From the IMG/VR virus record IMGVR_UViG_3300034073_003276: a stretch of DNA of 64,000 bases. One strand, written 5' to 3'. Within the stretch, counting starts at the first letter, position 1. Each line of letters begins with the position of its first letter. Below, piece by piece: positions 18,251 through 28,648 of the stretch. The notes below the pieces were generated by a model that searched no databases, was not told the origin of the DNA, and was given only the letters and a program-made list of their open reading frames with translations. A program made the position numbers and the translations under genes. The DNA is from a virus. Its lineage: Duplodnaviria; Caudoviricetes.

Positions 18251-19030
18251 TTAAAATTTGTTTTCTTTATATATCTTCCATAAATTTAGCACATCATTAT
18301 AAGATTCGATATGAAATCCTTTTTGTCCACCAGAGACAAAGGTAGATTCTATGGAAATATTTTCAACAAACAGTGGAAAAGTGTAAGTTTTTCCAATCCC
18401 AGTAAAAACTATATTTTCTACTAAATTTGGTTGTTTGTGATACAATGGATCTGCAGAATAATTTTCATCATGATACCATACATTTGGAGTTTCATTGACA
18501 AGGTTTAAAATAAATTTATCTTCTTTAACATAAGAGTCTACCAATTTTTTAGCATATTCTCTTTTCATAATGTATGCGGTTGCTCCCCAAAAATCCCACA
18601 TCCTTTCTTTTAATTTCAATTCAGTTATATAAAAATGATCGGCAATAAGAAGCAATTGAACACATTCCCAATCTTCAGGCAATTTTTCTATAAATTCATC
18701 CCAATTAAAATTCCAATACTGAACTGTTTCTAGACTTAAATCATCTTCACAAAAAAATCCATAAGAGTCATCACATTCTTCAATCCATTTTTTTATAAGT
18801 TTAAGATGTGAAACGCCACATTCAATACCTCTCATAGAATAAACATCATCACTATAGAGATGTAAATATTCACCTTCTATATTTTCAGAATACTCTGGAT
18901 ATTTTTTCGATATTAAAAAATTTACATCATCAATTCCATAGTTTTCAAATTGTCCTACAAGAATATTTCTTCTAGTAATATCATTCTCCAAACTAACACA
19001 ATATACTTTTGGAAAATTTTTTAGTTTCAT
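18251..19030 (-). CDS. Glycosyltransferase family 25-like
   Basis: VYCVSL...RR...GVSHLK...FCEDD...AYIM. Confidence 0.75.
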   Translation of the reverse strand: MKLKNFPKVYCVSLENDITRRNILVGQFENYGIDDVNFLISKKYPEYSENIEGEYLHLYSDDVYSMRGIECGVSHLKLIKKWIEECDDSYGFFCEDDLSLETVQYWNFNWDEFIEKLPEDWECVQLLLIADHFYITELKLKERMWDFWGATAYIMKREYAKKLVDSYVKEDKFILNLVNETPNVWYHDENYSADPLYHKQPNLVENIVFTGIGKTYTFPLFVENISIESTFVSGGQKGFHIESYNDVLNLWKIYKENKF

Positions 19031-19035
19031 AGTGT

Positions 19036-20286
19036 TTAAGTATCAAAAAAGAACATCTGCCAAAGTCTGCCACTATTTTTATTACAACCAAAATATTCTG
19101 AAGCAGAATGAATGCAACTTCCATCAAATATTATGAGACGATTAAAAACATTTCCCATAACATCTACAGGTTCGAATGGAGTTTTGTCTAAATGTGTTGT
19201 GGTTTCATTTATAACTCCAGAAAAAGCATCGTCATAAGAGACTTCATAATAATCTCTACCTCTTGTTTTTTTATGTGCAAACAATGTTGTTCCACATTCA
19301 AAAGGAGCATCAGGTGTTAAGTATAGCACAGCACCCCATTTTTGACTATCCCAATGATAAACTAAGGGTTCTCCTGCCCAAGCAATTTGAAATTTACCAT
19401 TTTCACTATGTTCTTCCCATGCCGTAATTTTTCTTCCCATAATTTCTTCAAATTTTTCTTTTAATCCTGGAAACAAAAATTGTTGATATGTTCTCCTACC
19501 AATAAACCCCCTCCCTATTCCACCCTCAAAATAATCCTGTTGAAGAGCAAAATCACGAACAAAATAAGGATCATTATAAAAATTATCTACAGTCCATACT
19601 CTTAACTTTTGATTTAGACTTATAGAAAAATTTTCAACTCTAACTCTTTTAAAAAGAATAGAGGCATCAACATTTTTTACCATTTCGAATCCATAAGATT
19701 CGATTAATTTTATTGATTTTTTAGTATCTTCTGACCAATCTACATCATCAATAAAACAATAACCATTTAAAACTACCTTACTAGCATATTTGTTTATGTC
19801 TTTAAGAACTTGCACTGTGTGTTGACCATCAATATGGATAACACTTAAATTTTCTATTGCTGGAGCATCATCACTAGTAGATCTTATCAACTTTGTATAC
19901 TCATAAACACTTAGATCTTCTATCGCATTGCAACAGACATTTAACATATTTTCCAAATCAACCGTTCCCCAAAATTGTTGGTGACTTGGATGATCATATC
20001 CAGTTAAAGCATCTTGAGTATTCCATGGATCAATTCCATAGACAGTTCCCCTAGATAAAAATTTCAGTGTGAGAGAGAATGGAATTAAACTCTTTCCGCC
20101 AAAAACTCCAACTTCAAGACAATTTAACTCTTCCTGTTCTTCAGATAATTCAAGAATACATTTAATAATTTCTTGTGCCTTTTCTAAAGAACACCATCCC
20201 CAGAGATTATATTTTTGGTCATATTCCTGATAAATTTTTTCGACTTGTTTTAAAATTTCTTCAGAATAATTTTTATCTTCTCCCAT
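19036..20286 (-). CDS. Class I SAM methyltransferase fused to a DUF6445-like (2OG-Fe(II) oxygenase-like) domain
   Basis: LEVGVFGGKS...IHIDGQH; C-terminal VDNFYNDP...H.D...YLTP...NRL..FDG..IH. Confidence 0.7.
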   Translation of the reverse strand: MGEDKNYSEEILKQVEKIYQEYDQKYNLWGWCSLEKAQEIIKCILELSEEQEELNCLEVGVFGGKSLIPFSLTLKFLSRGTVYGIDPWNTQDALTGYDHPSHQQFWGTVDLENMLNVCCNAIEDLSVYEYTKLIRSTSDDAPAIENLSVIHIDGQHTVQVLKDINKYASKVVLNGYCFIDDVDWSEDTKKSIKLIESYGFEMVKNVDASILFKRVRVENFSISLNQKLRVWTVDNFYNDPYFVRDFALQQDYFEGGIGRGFIGRRTYQQFLFPGLKEKFEEIMGRKITAWEEHSENGKFQIAWAGEPLVYHWDSQKWGAVLYLTPDAPFECGTTLFAHKKTRGRDYYEVSYDDAFSGVINETTTHLDKTPFEPVDVMGNVFNRLIIFDGSCIHSASEYFGCNKNSGRLWQMFFFDT

Positions 20287-20289
20287 AAA

Positions 20290-21612
20290 TTAAAATCCTA
20301 AATTTTTTTCTCTAATAAAATTCAAATCATAAGTAGTATACTTATTATCATAATTTTCCATATTAAATGGTTTTGAATATTTAAATTCTTTTCCCCATTT
20401 ATTAGTTAAATATACAGATTCATTAAGTATTCTAGAATTGTCTAATTTTTCTTTCAACTTCATATCCAATCTCCAAGTTTGAGATCCTGTAGTTGCATAA
20501 TCTTCTTCACCATGCAAATAATTTTCATCTAAAGATTTATACTTTATATTTTCATTCATAATTCGAATATGATAATCAACATCTTCTGCATATGCTGGAT
20601 ATAAATTTTCGTCAAATAATCCACATTTTTGAACTACCCAATCCTTAATTAAAAATAAATCATACATACCTCCACCCCAATCGGATTTTTTAGCATGTAT
20701 CATTCCATATTCAGGATTTAAAGATTCTTGATAGAATTTTTTTAATAATCCAGGACTAAATTCAACATCGTTACTTACAAGCATCCAGTATGGTTCCATC
20801 ATATAAGATTTAATAATTAAATTCCATCCACCTCCACATCCAAAATTAGAAGGCATATGACTAACATGAAAATTTTTTATGAATGGGTGTCCAGAGTTGC
20901 ATATCTCATTTAATTCTTCAGTAATCTCACCTTTTCCATTATTGTTTACAATAAAAAAGTTTTTAACAGGGTAATCGACACTATCAATTAATCTTTTTAA
21001 CCAGTGCACGCCATTTACGATCGGAACGCCAATTACAGGAATTATTCCCCTTTCAATTTTTAAATTATCCATATTAGCATCAACTGCGTCTTTATGACTT
21101 TGATCCATTACATCCCAGTAATTATGATATAAGTCTAAAAACAATTGCCTAGATTGCTCTCCTTTACCCCACCAATAAGAAGATACTGCCTTTTCAAATA
21201 TCAACCCATATTTTCCAGGATACTCCAAATGATCATTTAATGGAGAAAGATCGAAATCACATATTTCTAAAGACAAAGATGATAACATATAAGCAGTGTC
21301 AAATTGTCTTCTTCTCTCTTCAAATCTTGAAAAAAGAAAGTATGCTTCAGGTCTTTTTGGAAGAACTGAAATCGCATGTTTATATAATCCTCTAACAGCA
21401 TCTTCTCTTTTTCCTTGCCTATCAAAACATTCTGCCGCATGTAATAGGCATTCGTATGATAAATTTAAGTCTTCGCTTCTATCAGCGGCACGAATAAAAA
21501 ATGAAACTGCAGATGCTGTTTGATTTATTTTTTTATATTCTAATGCAAGATTAAAATTATTTTTAGGATCTTCAACATTTTGAATATATTCTTGTAATCT
21601 TTCAAGAAGCAT
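20290..21612 (-). CDS. TPR domain plus GT-A-like glycosyltransferase
   Basis: TPR-like N-terminus; VIGVP, VSNDV, GLFDEN.YPAY.ED.D. Confidence 0.7.
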   Translation of the reverse strand: MLLERLQEYIQNVEDPKNNFNLALEYKKINQTASAVSFFIRAADRSEDLNLSYECLLHAAECFDRQGKREDAVRGLYKHAISVLPKRPEAYFLFSRFEERRRQFDTAYMLSSLSLEICDFDLSPLNDHLEYPGKYGLIFEKAVSSYWWGKGEQSRQLFLDLYHNYWDVMDQSHKDAVDANMDNLKIERGIIPVIGVPIVNGVHWLKRLIDSVDYPVKNFFIVNNNGKGEITEELNEICNSGHPFIKNFHVSHMPSNFGCGGGWNLIIKSYMMEPYWMLVSNDVEFSPGLLKKFYQESLNPEYGMIHAKKSDWGGGMYDLFLIKDWVVQKCGLFDENLYPAYAEDVDYHIRIMNENIKYKSLDENYLHGEEDYATTGSQTWRLDMKLKEKLDNSRILNESVYLTNKWGKEFKYSKPFNMENYDNKYTTYDLNFIREKNLGF

Positions 21613-22579
21613 GGATATAATCCTCTAAAAATTTTTCAGTAACTTTTAACAAATAAGCACAGTTATCCTGAAATCCAAAAGTAATTAAATAACTGTCACG
21701 ATATTTAGACATTCCACAAACAAATTCTATTTTTGCTCCCATAAAATCAAATTCTTCAGTTATCTTTTTTATATTCCATTCCTTATCCCAAATTACAAAT
21801 CTATGTCGATAAGTCCCATTCTTTCTTCCTGCCTCACTATCATAAAAATAGACTTCGTGAGTAATCGTAATGTATCCATCCTTATATGGAATAACCTGAG
21901 AACCACCTCTTAAATCTCTAGGTAATTCAATACGCTGATTACTACTAAAAACTACATCACATTCATTTGTGTAAGGATTGTATTTAACAATTTCTGTAGG
22001 ATTTACCCACTTTACAAAATGATAAGGAATATTAGAGATAGGCATCCAATTTTTTTCACAATATGAATCTAGGTTATTGGGCATTGGAATTCTAAATCTT
22101 TGTGTTTCCACAACTTTATTATCAATGGTTTGCAATTCACTCAATTCCATTCTACCAACGCCGTTGGTAGTTGTATCTCTACGAACTCCGCACAAATAAA
22201 ATTTATTGTCCCATTTTACTATACGACCGTCTTCTAATCCTACAAATTCCCATAAAGGTTTTTGATCTAATTTTCCAGTGTCTACTTGAGAAAATCCAAT
22301 TGCATTGAAATTAGAATCTAACTCACAAAAATAATTGGTTGTGGTTAATGTTAAATCATCTTCTGGATTCAAATACAGTAAAGGACCCCATTGATGCTCA
22401 TAGTTGCTCAATTCAGAATGATATAATGTATACTGACAGTGCCTTATATTCACATATATTTTATTCCCATCCACAAAAACTGAGGGATTAAAAAGACCTG
22501 TACCATTCGTTAATTCTGAAGGAATTATAAGAGGATGGATTGAACCTCTATTTTCTGAGGCAAGTTTTACAAAGTTCAT
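21602..22579 (-). CDS. Glycoside hydrolase-like beta-propeller
   Basis: FNPSV, GLEDGR, EKNWMP, LRGGS, IEFVCG, FG.QD motifs. Confidence 0.6.
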   Translation of the reverse strand: MNFVKLASENRGSIHPLIIPSELTNGTGLFNPSVFVDGNKIYVNIRHCQYTLYHSELSNYEHQWGPLLYLNPEDDLTLTTTNYFCELDSNFNAIGFSQVDTGKLDQKPLWEFVGLEDGRIVKWDNKFYLCGVRRDTTTNGVGRMELSELQTIDNKVVETQRFRIPMPNNLDSYCEKNWMPISNIPYHFVKWVNPTEIVKYNPYTNECDVVFSSNQRIELPRDLRGGSQVIPYKDGYITITHEVYFYDSEAGRKNGTYRHRFVIWDKEWNIKKITEEFDFMGAKIEFVCGMSKYRDSYLITFGFQDNCAYLLKVTEKFLEDYIHAS

Positions 22580-22616
22580 AAAAACATAATAAGTTATTGA
22601 ATATATTTATTTACCA

Positions 22617-22973
22617 CTAGTATAACTTAATTTCTTTAAATACGGAATTGCACATCTCATTAATTTCTCTTTTAATTCTTGCTCTCTCATCATTAGTAAT
22701 GTAAACACTACGAGCAAGTTTAATAAACTCTTCGTCAAATTTTTGTTCCTTCTCTAACTTTCTCAACCTATCTTCAATCTTCCAAAGTTTTTCATTCACT
22801 TTTTTAAGTTTAATTTCATACTCTAAAGTATATTGAGTTAGAGTACTCTTAATTGAATTTAATTGTTCCAACTCTTTTATAACATATTCATTATCGGTGA
22901 ACATAGATTTAATTTCTAAAATTGAAATCTTATCTAATAATTCACCGACTGATACTGGAATTTCAATCTTCAT
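22617..22973 (-). CDS. DUF6165-like protein
   Basis: S.GEL.DKISILEIK...LW.IED..R...AR.VY.TND.R. Confidence 0.7.
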   Translation of the reverse strand: MKIEIPVSVGELLDKISILEIKSMFTDNEYVIKELEQLNSIKSTLTQYTLEYEIKLKKVNEKLWKIEDRLRKLEKEQKFDEEFIKLARSVYITNDERARIKREINEMCNSVFKEIKLY

Positions 22974-24525
22974 TTTTAATGCTTAAATATAAGTTTTGAA
23001 TTGCTTCTATCCTTTCAGGAAGTGTTAATGTTTCAGAATTAAATCCAGAAGCAAATACAATAATGTTTGGATTTTGAGTCAATCTACCAATATTAAGTAG
23101 ATGAGTGAATGCTTTACCCATAGCATCCCCACCAATATTCATTGCTTCACTTAATGCGTGAAAAGCATAATTAGATGCTCTTTGAATATCTTTGGTATTA
23201 ATAAGAGCGATACTAGTCATAATGAACACATCAATTCTTGATGGGTCAAAATATGCTTTTGAAAGATTTAGATATTCTTGACCAAGTTCAATAGTCTTCT
23301 CAATATTCTTAACTTCAAAATAATGCTTGAAGATAAACCAAAGATAATAAACACTTGTAGGATTCTTTTCAAATTCTCTTTCGCAAATTGAAAGATAGAA
23401 AAGTTGCTTATCCACACTTGGTTGGATATTCTTAGTAATCTTAACTGTTATATTAACGGCAACTTCATTCAAATATTCTTCTGTTGGAACAAATGTTGGA
23501 GTTTCATGAACAGCATTCACCCAAATGTAGTTTTTGGTTCTATGAAAACGAATGTGAGATGCTTGACCTAATGTTGGTTCTTCGTCTCCAACCTTATCAT
23601 ATCGTTCATGATTAAATACTGTGAATTCTTCGGCAATTACACCAAGACCTTCTGGAAAGAACTCATCCAGATCTTCATTGAAATCAAGAGAAAATGCCCA
23701 ATCAGTCTTTACATAAGATAGTGCTTGATTTCTCGCTTTGGCAAAATCAAACTCTTCTCTGGTCTGTGGATGCTCATAGACTTCAATACCAGCATCTTTG
23801 AGTAGTTGAACTGTATTATCTGTGCTTCCCGTATCAACTACAACAGTATTTGTAAACTTCTTTGAAATTTCAATGAATTTCTCAACATTCTTTTCTTCGT
23901 TTTTAGCAATAGCATAAAGTGTGATGTCCATTTTTTCTCCTTGTTTTTGATGTAACCAAACTTTGTTTAATGTAAAATCTCCACGATCTAAAAGAACTAC
24001 AGATTTTCCTGTAAAATATTCTTTAACTGCTTGAATAACTCCACCCCAACTTATTACATAGTCATCACCAGTAATAAAACCTCCTGGTTTTACTTTTGGA
24101 TACCAAGCAATAATATCTGCTAAAACATTTTCATAATCGTGTGAGGCATCAATATGAACAAAATCAAGACTATTATCTTCAAATTGTTTTGCTGCTTCTA
24201 CACTAGTAGTTTTGAGTGGTATTACTTGTTTTTGAATACCACACATTTGAATATGATAATTAAAGATATCAAATAGAGTTAGGTTTTCATTCTTCAATTT
24301 TTCTATTGTTTCTTTATGCTGAGGTTCTTCGCTTCCTTCCCAAGTATCTACGGCATAAAACTTGATATTTTTGGAAGATTTTTTAATTTGTTCTCCCATA
24401 TAACAAGTAGACCTTCCCATCCAAGAACCAACTTCCACAAAAGTTGAGTTATCTGGACAGTATTTAATTACTAAATCATAAAGGTTAGTATAAGAAAAAT
24501 AACCTTCAACATCTTTCCATTTCAT
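22963..24525 (-). CDS. SAM methyltransferase-GT2-TPR fusion
   Basis: VEVGSWMGRS, VHIDASH.Y, GDDY; then AIAKNEE...VDTGSTD...DFNEDL; TPR-like end. Confidence 0.75.
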   Translation of the reverse strand: MKWKDVEGYFSYTNLYDLVIKYCPDNSTFVEVGSWMGRSTCYMGEQIKKSSKNIKFYAVDTWEGSEEPQHKETIEKLKNENLTLFDIFNYHIQMCGIQKQVIPLKTTSVEAAKQFEDNSLDFVHIDASHDYENVLADIIAWYPKVKPGGFITGDDYVISWGGVIQAVKEYFTGKSVVLLDRGDFTLNKVWLHQKQGEKMDITLYAIAKNEEKNVEKFIEISKKFTNTVVVDTGSTDNTVQLLKDAGIEVYEHPQTREEFDFAKARNQALSYVKTDWAFSLDFNEDLDEFFPEGLGVIAEEFTVFNHERYDKVGDEEPTLGQASHIRFHRTKNYIWVNAVHETPTFVPTEEYLNEVAVNITVKITKNIQPSVDKQLFYLSICEREFEKNPTSVYYLWFIFKHYFEVKNIEKTIELGQEYLNLSKAYFDPSRIDVFIMTSIALINTKDIQRASNYAFHALSEAMNIGGDAMGKAFTHLLNIGRLTQNPNIIVFASGFNSETLTLPERIEAIQNLYLSIKNED

Positions 24526-24529
24526 ATTA

Positions 24530-25228
24530 TTAATATAGATAATTTTTCCAATCAATACAAGGTGATAATAAATCTTCTTGACAGTGTGTAGAATAACCAG
24601 GAATAGAAGAGATAAGAACTCTTCCTCTTTGAGATAATTCTAAAAATTTTTGGTGGTCCGCTGATGGTTCCACTCCTGTAGAATATTTAGTGTGAGTATA
24701 AAAGTCTTCTACGAGAGTTGAATACTTAACGGCAAAAGTATTTGTCGTTGATGGTGTTGCCATCCAGTGACAAGAATCTGTGAACAAAACTTTGGTACGA
24801 AACTCTTCATAATATTCACCATACTTATCTCTATGGTCGTACAAGGTCACATAAGAAACTGGTAGAGTAAATCCCTCCATTAGAACTTTATCCCATCCTG
24901 GTTGATGAACATAATCATCTTCTAGAAAGTAAATGATATCATCTGGAGAATGGTTTTGAGATTGGACATACTTTAATGTCTCAATAAAACTCTTTGCTTC
25001 TCCACCGCAATTAATAGTATGAACATTATTCTCCTGTGATAAGAAAGTATCTTCTATCTTTCCATAATATTCATCATAGACGAGTGTATAATTTGTGGTT
25101 TCTGGATTAAGAGTATTTTTAAAATTTTGGAATACCTTTTCTTTATCCCACCAAGAAGGTCTCTGTTTTCCTGGAGACTCTTGAATTTTTGAGTAATAGC
25201 AGTGTCTTAAATATACATTAATTTTCAT
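24530..25228 (-). CDS. GT-A-like glycosyltransferase
   Basis: IYFLEDDYVH DxD-like motif. Confidence 0.55.
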   Translation of the reverse strand: MKINVYLRHCYYSKIQESPGKQRPSWWDKEKVFQNFKNTLNPETTNYTLVYDEYYGKIEDTFLSQENNVHTINCGGEAKSFIETLKYVQSQNHSPDDIIYFLEDDYVHQPGWDKVLMEGFTLPVSYVTLYDHRDKYGEYYEEFRTKVLFTDSCHWMATPSTTNTFAVKYSTLVEDFYTHTKYSTGVEPSADHQKFLELSQRGRVLISSIPGYSTHCQEDLLSPCIDWKNYLY

Positions 25229-25824
25229 TCTAAATTACCTGATATGGAAATTCTGTAGTCATCACTTGTCGTGAATGGATAAACACAATGAGATAAATGG
25301 GCAGGAAATAATACTATTCTACCACACCAATCTTGATTTACATATAAAGTTTCTGTAGTTAATTGTCCAAGAATGTTTGGATAAATGAACTGGAATGTTG
25401 ATGCTGCTTTTGCTTTTGTGTCTTTAACGTGAGAAGCGTTCAATTCTTCTTCTACTTTATAAGGAATTTTTAACCAGCAGACAAAACTAAAAGTACTACT
25501 GTGATGATGGATAGGATTAAATTCATTCTTCTTTTGAAAATTAACCCATAAATGAGTGAGATTAAATTCTTCTTCTTTTTGATAAAATTTCCAATAATTT
25601 GTATAAGACTTACACATACCATTCAAGTATGGTTGAAGAATTGGAATGGATTTTTTCAGTTCATATTGTCTTTCAATATTTCCAGCAAGTCCATTATTAT
25701 ACTTTGAGTGTGATTGAAAGTCTGTTGAAATTCCATTCACCTCTTCCATCACTTGGTTATGTACGTCTTCTGGAAGTTGTCCAGTTATTACTCCAGGATT
25801 TGGTAGTGATATATGATTAAACAT
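25225..25824 (-). CDS. Putative 2OG-Fe(II) oxygenase
   Basis: W.N.Q...EFNP.H.H...FP..L.H.V.P...RISIS.N. Confidence 0.8.
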   Translation of the reverse strand: MFNHISLPNPGVITGQLPEDVHNQVMEEVNGISTDFQSHSKYNNGLAGNIERQYELKKSIPILQPYLNGMCKSYTNYWKFYQKEEEFNLTHLWVNFQKKNEFNPIHHHSSTFSFVCWLKIPYKVEEELNASHVKDTKAKAASTFQFIYPNILGQLTTETLYVNQDWCGRIVLFPAHLSHCVYPFTTSDDYRISISGNLE

Positions 25825-26623
25825 TTTTCAATTTCTCCAAATCATATTCATTCCACCAAGACTTCCAATCAATGAAGAAGTCCTTATCCCATTCTGTCTG
25901 CATATGAAGTGCTAATGATGGAATAGGTGTAAAGCAATAGTATCCTCTTTGATAATAAATCTTACAAATACTATCCATTTCCATCGTTTCACTCACTTCA
26001 CTTGTTGCCATTTTGTAAAACAAGTCCCAGTGTAGTTTAATAATACTACTATGAGTCATTAGAGTCACTGCTGGATGAATATTGGTTCTCCAGTATCGAT
26101 CTTTTCCAACAACAAGATTACAAAGAACAGCAGTATTTTCTGGTAAATGATATTCTGCCGGTTTATTAAATGGAAAGATGCTAGCAGGTTTTCCTAAGTT
26201 GCAACTAAACTGATTGATTGCATGTAGCATTAATTCGATTGTGTTTTGTTGATGTAAAAAATCATCTTGAACAAAGTAAACCCAATCCTTTCCATAGTCT
26301 CTTCCATGCTCATAACAACGAAGTATAGAAGGCATTATACCGTAGGTTTCAAGATGAGTCAAATTAACTCGAAACTTTGCAGTATCAATCAGTCTTTGAA
26401 GAATATCTAAAAACTCTTGGTCTGAATGGTCATCAAAGATTTGTAGTTCTATTTCATAATCTGGATATTGTTCTTGAGCGTAGTTAAGACTATCGATCAC
26501 AGAGAAAATACACCTTGATGATACTTCAATCTTTGGAGCATTACAATATCTTTTATGATTTTCATCGGTTTCTCTATTCCCCTTTGAATGAGACTGAATA
26601 ACCACTAACAAATGAGTTTTCAT
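25817..26623 (-). CDS. GT-A-like glycosyltransferase
   Basis: IFDDHS, YFVQDDFLH. Confidence 0.55.
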   Translation of the reverse strand: MKTHLLVVIQSHSKGNRETDENHKRYCNAPKIEVSSRCIFSVIDSLNYAQEQYPDYEIELQIFDDHSDQEFLDILQRLIDTAKFRVNLTHLETYGIMPSILRCYEHGRDYGKDWVYFVQDDFLHQQNTIELMLHAINQFSCNLGKPASIFPFNKPAEYHLPENTAVLCNLVVGKDRYWRTNIHPAVTLMTHSSIIKLHWDLFYKMATSEVSETMEMDSICKIYYQRGYYCFTPIPSLALHMQTEWDKDFFIDWKSWWNEYDLEKLKNV

Positions 26624-27402
26624 AAATCAAATTTGGAATAAAGTTTTACATTTTCTTCTCCTATTATATCAATAGGATTTTGTGAGATTTTGGATAAATT
26701 TGGACGAATATCGTGAAGACCTTTCAACCCCCAAGCATCATCCTTTTGTTCTCCACAAGTATTATCAATGTTATCAAAGGTATTTGTGTAAGAAGGAATC
26801 TCCAGAAACTCATAGATTTTATTCAACTCTGCTTCTGGATTTTCTACAAGACTATTATATTCTACCAAATGAACCCAATCTGGGTACGTTGTAAGTCCAT
26901 AAACCATAGACTCATAAGATGGAGAAACATAATATCTCCAAATATATTCGGCACGATTATTATTTGTGATTGCAAGTTTATCTTTTCTTAAGTGATTATC
27001 GATAAAATTATCTTCGTGCTTTGATTTTTCTATGAGCGAAATATAAGATGTAAGAACTTCTGGAATAGAACGATAAGTTGCTACAATCTTTGGTTTATTG
27101 GAAAGAAACCTTTGAACTATATCAAGATTCTTTCCCCAAAATCTATGCTTATCTAATATTGTAGACTTTGGTATATGATTATAAAAGTTAGCAAGCACTG
27201 CCTTATAAACATTATAAGATATTTCTTTACGGTCAAAAGTAAATTGCTCATTTACTTTATTGAATATTTTTTCTATATCAGTAACAAAATCACTTAATGG
27301 AGATGTTGGAGAAACATAAATGTCTGGATGTTGATTAAGAAGTGACCCTAATAGTGTGGAACCACTTCTTGGAAGTCCTCCAAGAAAATACAAAGTCTTC
27401 AT
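26620..27402 (-). CDS. Sulfotransferase family protein
   Basis: GLPRSGSTLL PAPS-binding loop, DKHR.W, R...EV..S, V.Y..LV.NP. Confidence 0.8.
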   Translation of the reverse strand: MKTLYFLGGLPRSGSTLLGSLLNQHPDIYVSPTSPLSDFVTDIEKIFNKVNEQFTFDRKEISYNVYKAVLANFYNHIPKSTILDKHRFWGKNLDIVQRFLSNKPKIVATYRSIPEVLTSYISLIEKSKHEDNFIDNHLRKDKLAITNNNRAEYIWRYYVSPSYESMVYGLTTYPDWVHLVEYNSLVENPEAELNKIYEFLEIPSYTNTFDNIDNTCGEQKDDAWGLKGLHDIRPNLSKISQNPIDIIGEENVKLYSKFDL

Positions 27403-27427
27403 AGTATTTTTCAGTTGTTATGTGTAT

Positions 27428-28624
27428 TTAGATTACTGAATCGATGTAGGTTAGTGCTGCAATATGAAGATCTCCACCACTCACTTGTTTCCAATTGGAT
27501 CCTCCAGCGAATGTAGTGATTGGAGTACTTATATATGCAAAAGTTGCTACTCCATTTCCAAGTTTTCCCTGCGTTCCACTACCCCAAGTCCATAAGGTTC
27601 CATCGGTTTTGATTGCTGCTGTATTATCACTTGCACCACTCACTTGTTTCCAATTGGTTCCTCCAGAGAATGTAGTGACTGGAGTACTTATGTCTCCTGT
27701 TGTTGTTGCATTTCCAAGTTTTCCACCACTTCCAGCACCCCAAGTCCATAAGGTTCCATCAGTCTTGATTGCTGTTGTATGAAAACGTCCACATGCCGAT
27801 TGTTTCCAGTTGGTTCCTCCAGAGAATGTAGTGACTGGAGTACTTATGGATCCTACTGTTGCTCCATTTCCAAGTCTTCCATTACTTCCAGCACCCCAAG
27901 TCCATAAGGTTCCATCAGTTTTGACTGCTGCTACATGATAACCTCCACAACTCACTTGTTTCCAGTTGGTTCCTCCAGCGAATGTAGTGACAGGAGTAGA
28001 AGGAAAAGCAGATATCTGTCCGTTTCCAAGTTGTCCAAGGTTTCCAATACCCCAAGTCCATAAGGTTCCATCGGTCTTGATTGCTGCTGTGAAATACTGC
28101 CCATTACTCACTTGTTTCCAATTCGATCCTCCAGCGAATGTGGTGACTGGAGTACTTATGTTTCCTACTGTTATTCCATTTCCAAGTATTCCAAGTAGAC
28201 CATAACCCCAAGTCCATAAGGTTCCATCAGTTTTGATTGCTGCTGTATGATACCACCCACTGTGTACTTGTTTCCAATTGGTTCCTCCAGAGAATGTAGT
28301 GACTGGAGTACTTATGTCTCCTGTTGTTACTGCGTTTCCAAGTTTTCCATTACCTCCAGCACCCCAAATCCATAAGGTTCCATCGGTCTTGATTGCTGCT
28401 GTATTAACTCGACCAGCATGTACTTGTTTCCAATTGGTTCCTCCAGAGAATGTAGTGACTGGAGTACTTATGGATGCTGATGATGTTATTGCATTTCCAA
28501 GTCTTCCAGCATCTTCAAAACCCCAATCCCATAAATTACCTTCACGAAATAAATCAGCAGGCACAAAGATATCATCAAAACTATAATCAAGTCCATTTTC
28601 TCTAAAGTTATAAAAGGTAGGCAT
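27428..28624 (-). CDS. RCC1-like 7-bladed beta-propeller
   Basis: Seven ~52-aa repeats [12 protein letters not shown]...LGNG...STPVTTF.GG.NWKQV. Confidence 0.85.
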   Translation of the reverse strand: MPTFYNFRENGLDYSFDDIFVPADLFREGNLWDWGFEDAGRLGNAITSSASISTPVTTFSGGTNWKQVHAGRVNTAAIKTDGTLWIWGAGGNGKLGNAVTTGDISTPVTTFSGGTNWKQVHSGWYHTAAIKTDGTLWTWGYGLLGILGNGITVGNISTPVTTFAGGSNWKQVSNGQYFTAAIKTDGTLWTWGIGNLGQLGNGQISAFPSTPVTTFAGGTNWKQVSCGGYHVAAVKTDGTLWTWGAGSNGRLGNGATVGSISTPVTTFSGGTNWKQSACGRFHTTAIKTDGTLWTWGAGSGGKLGNATTTGDISTPVTTFSGGTNWKQVSGASDNTAAIKTDGTLWTWGSGTQGKLGNGVATFAYISTPITTFAGGSNWKQVSGGDLHIAALTYIDSVI

Positions 28625-28648
28625 TGGAAATCTCTAAGACTTAGTAAA

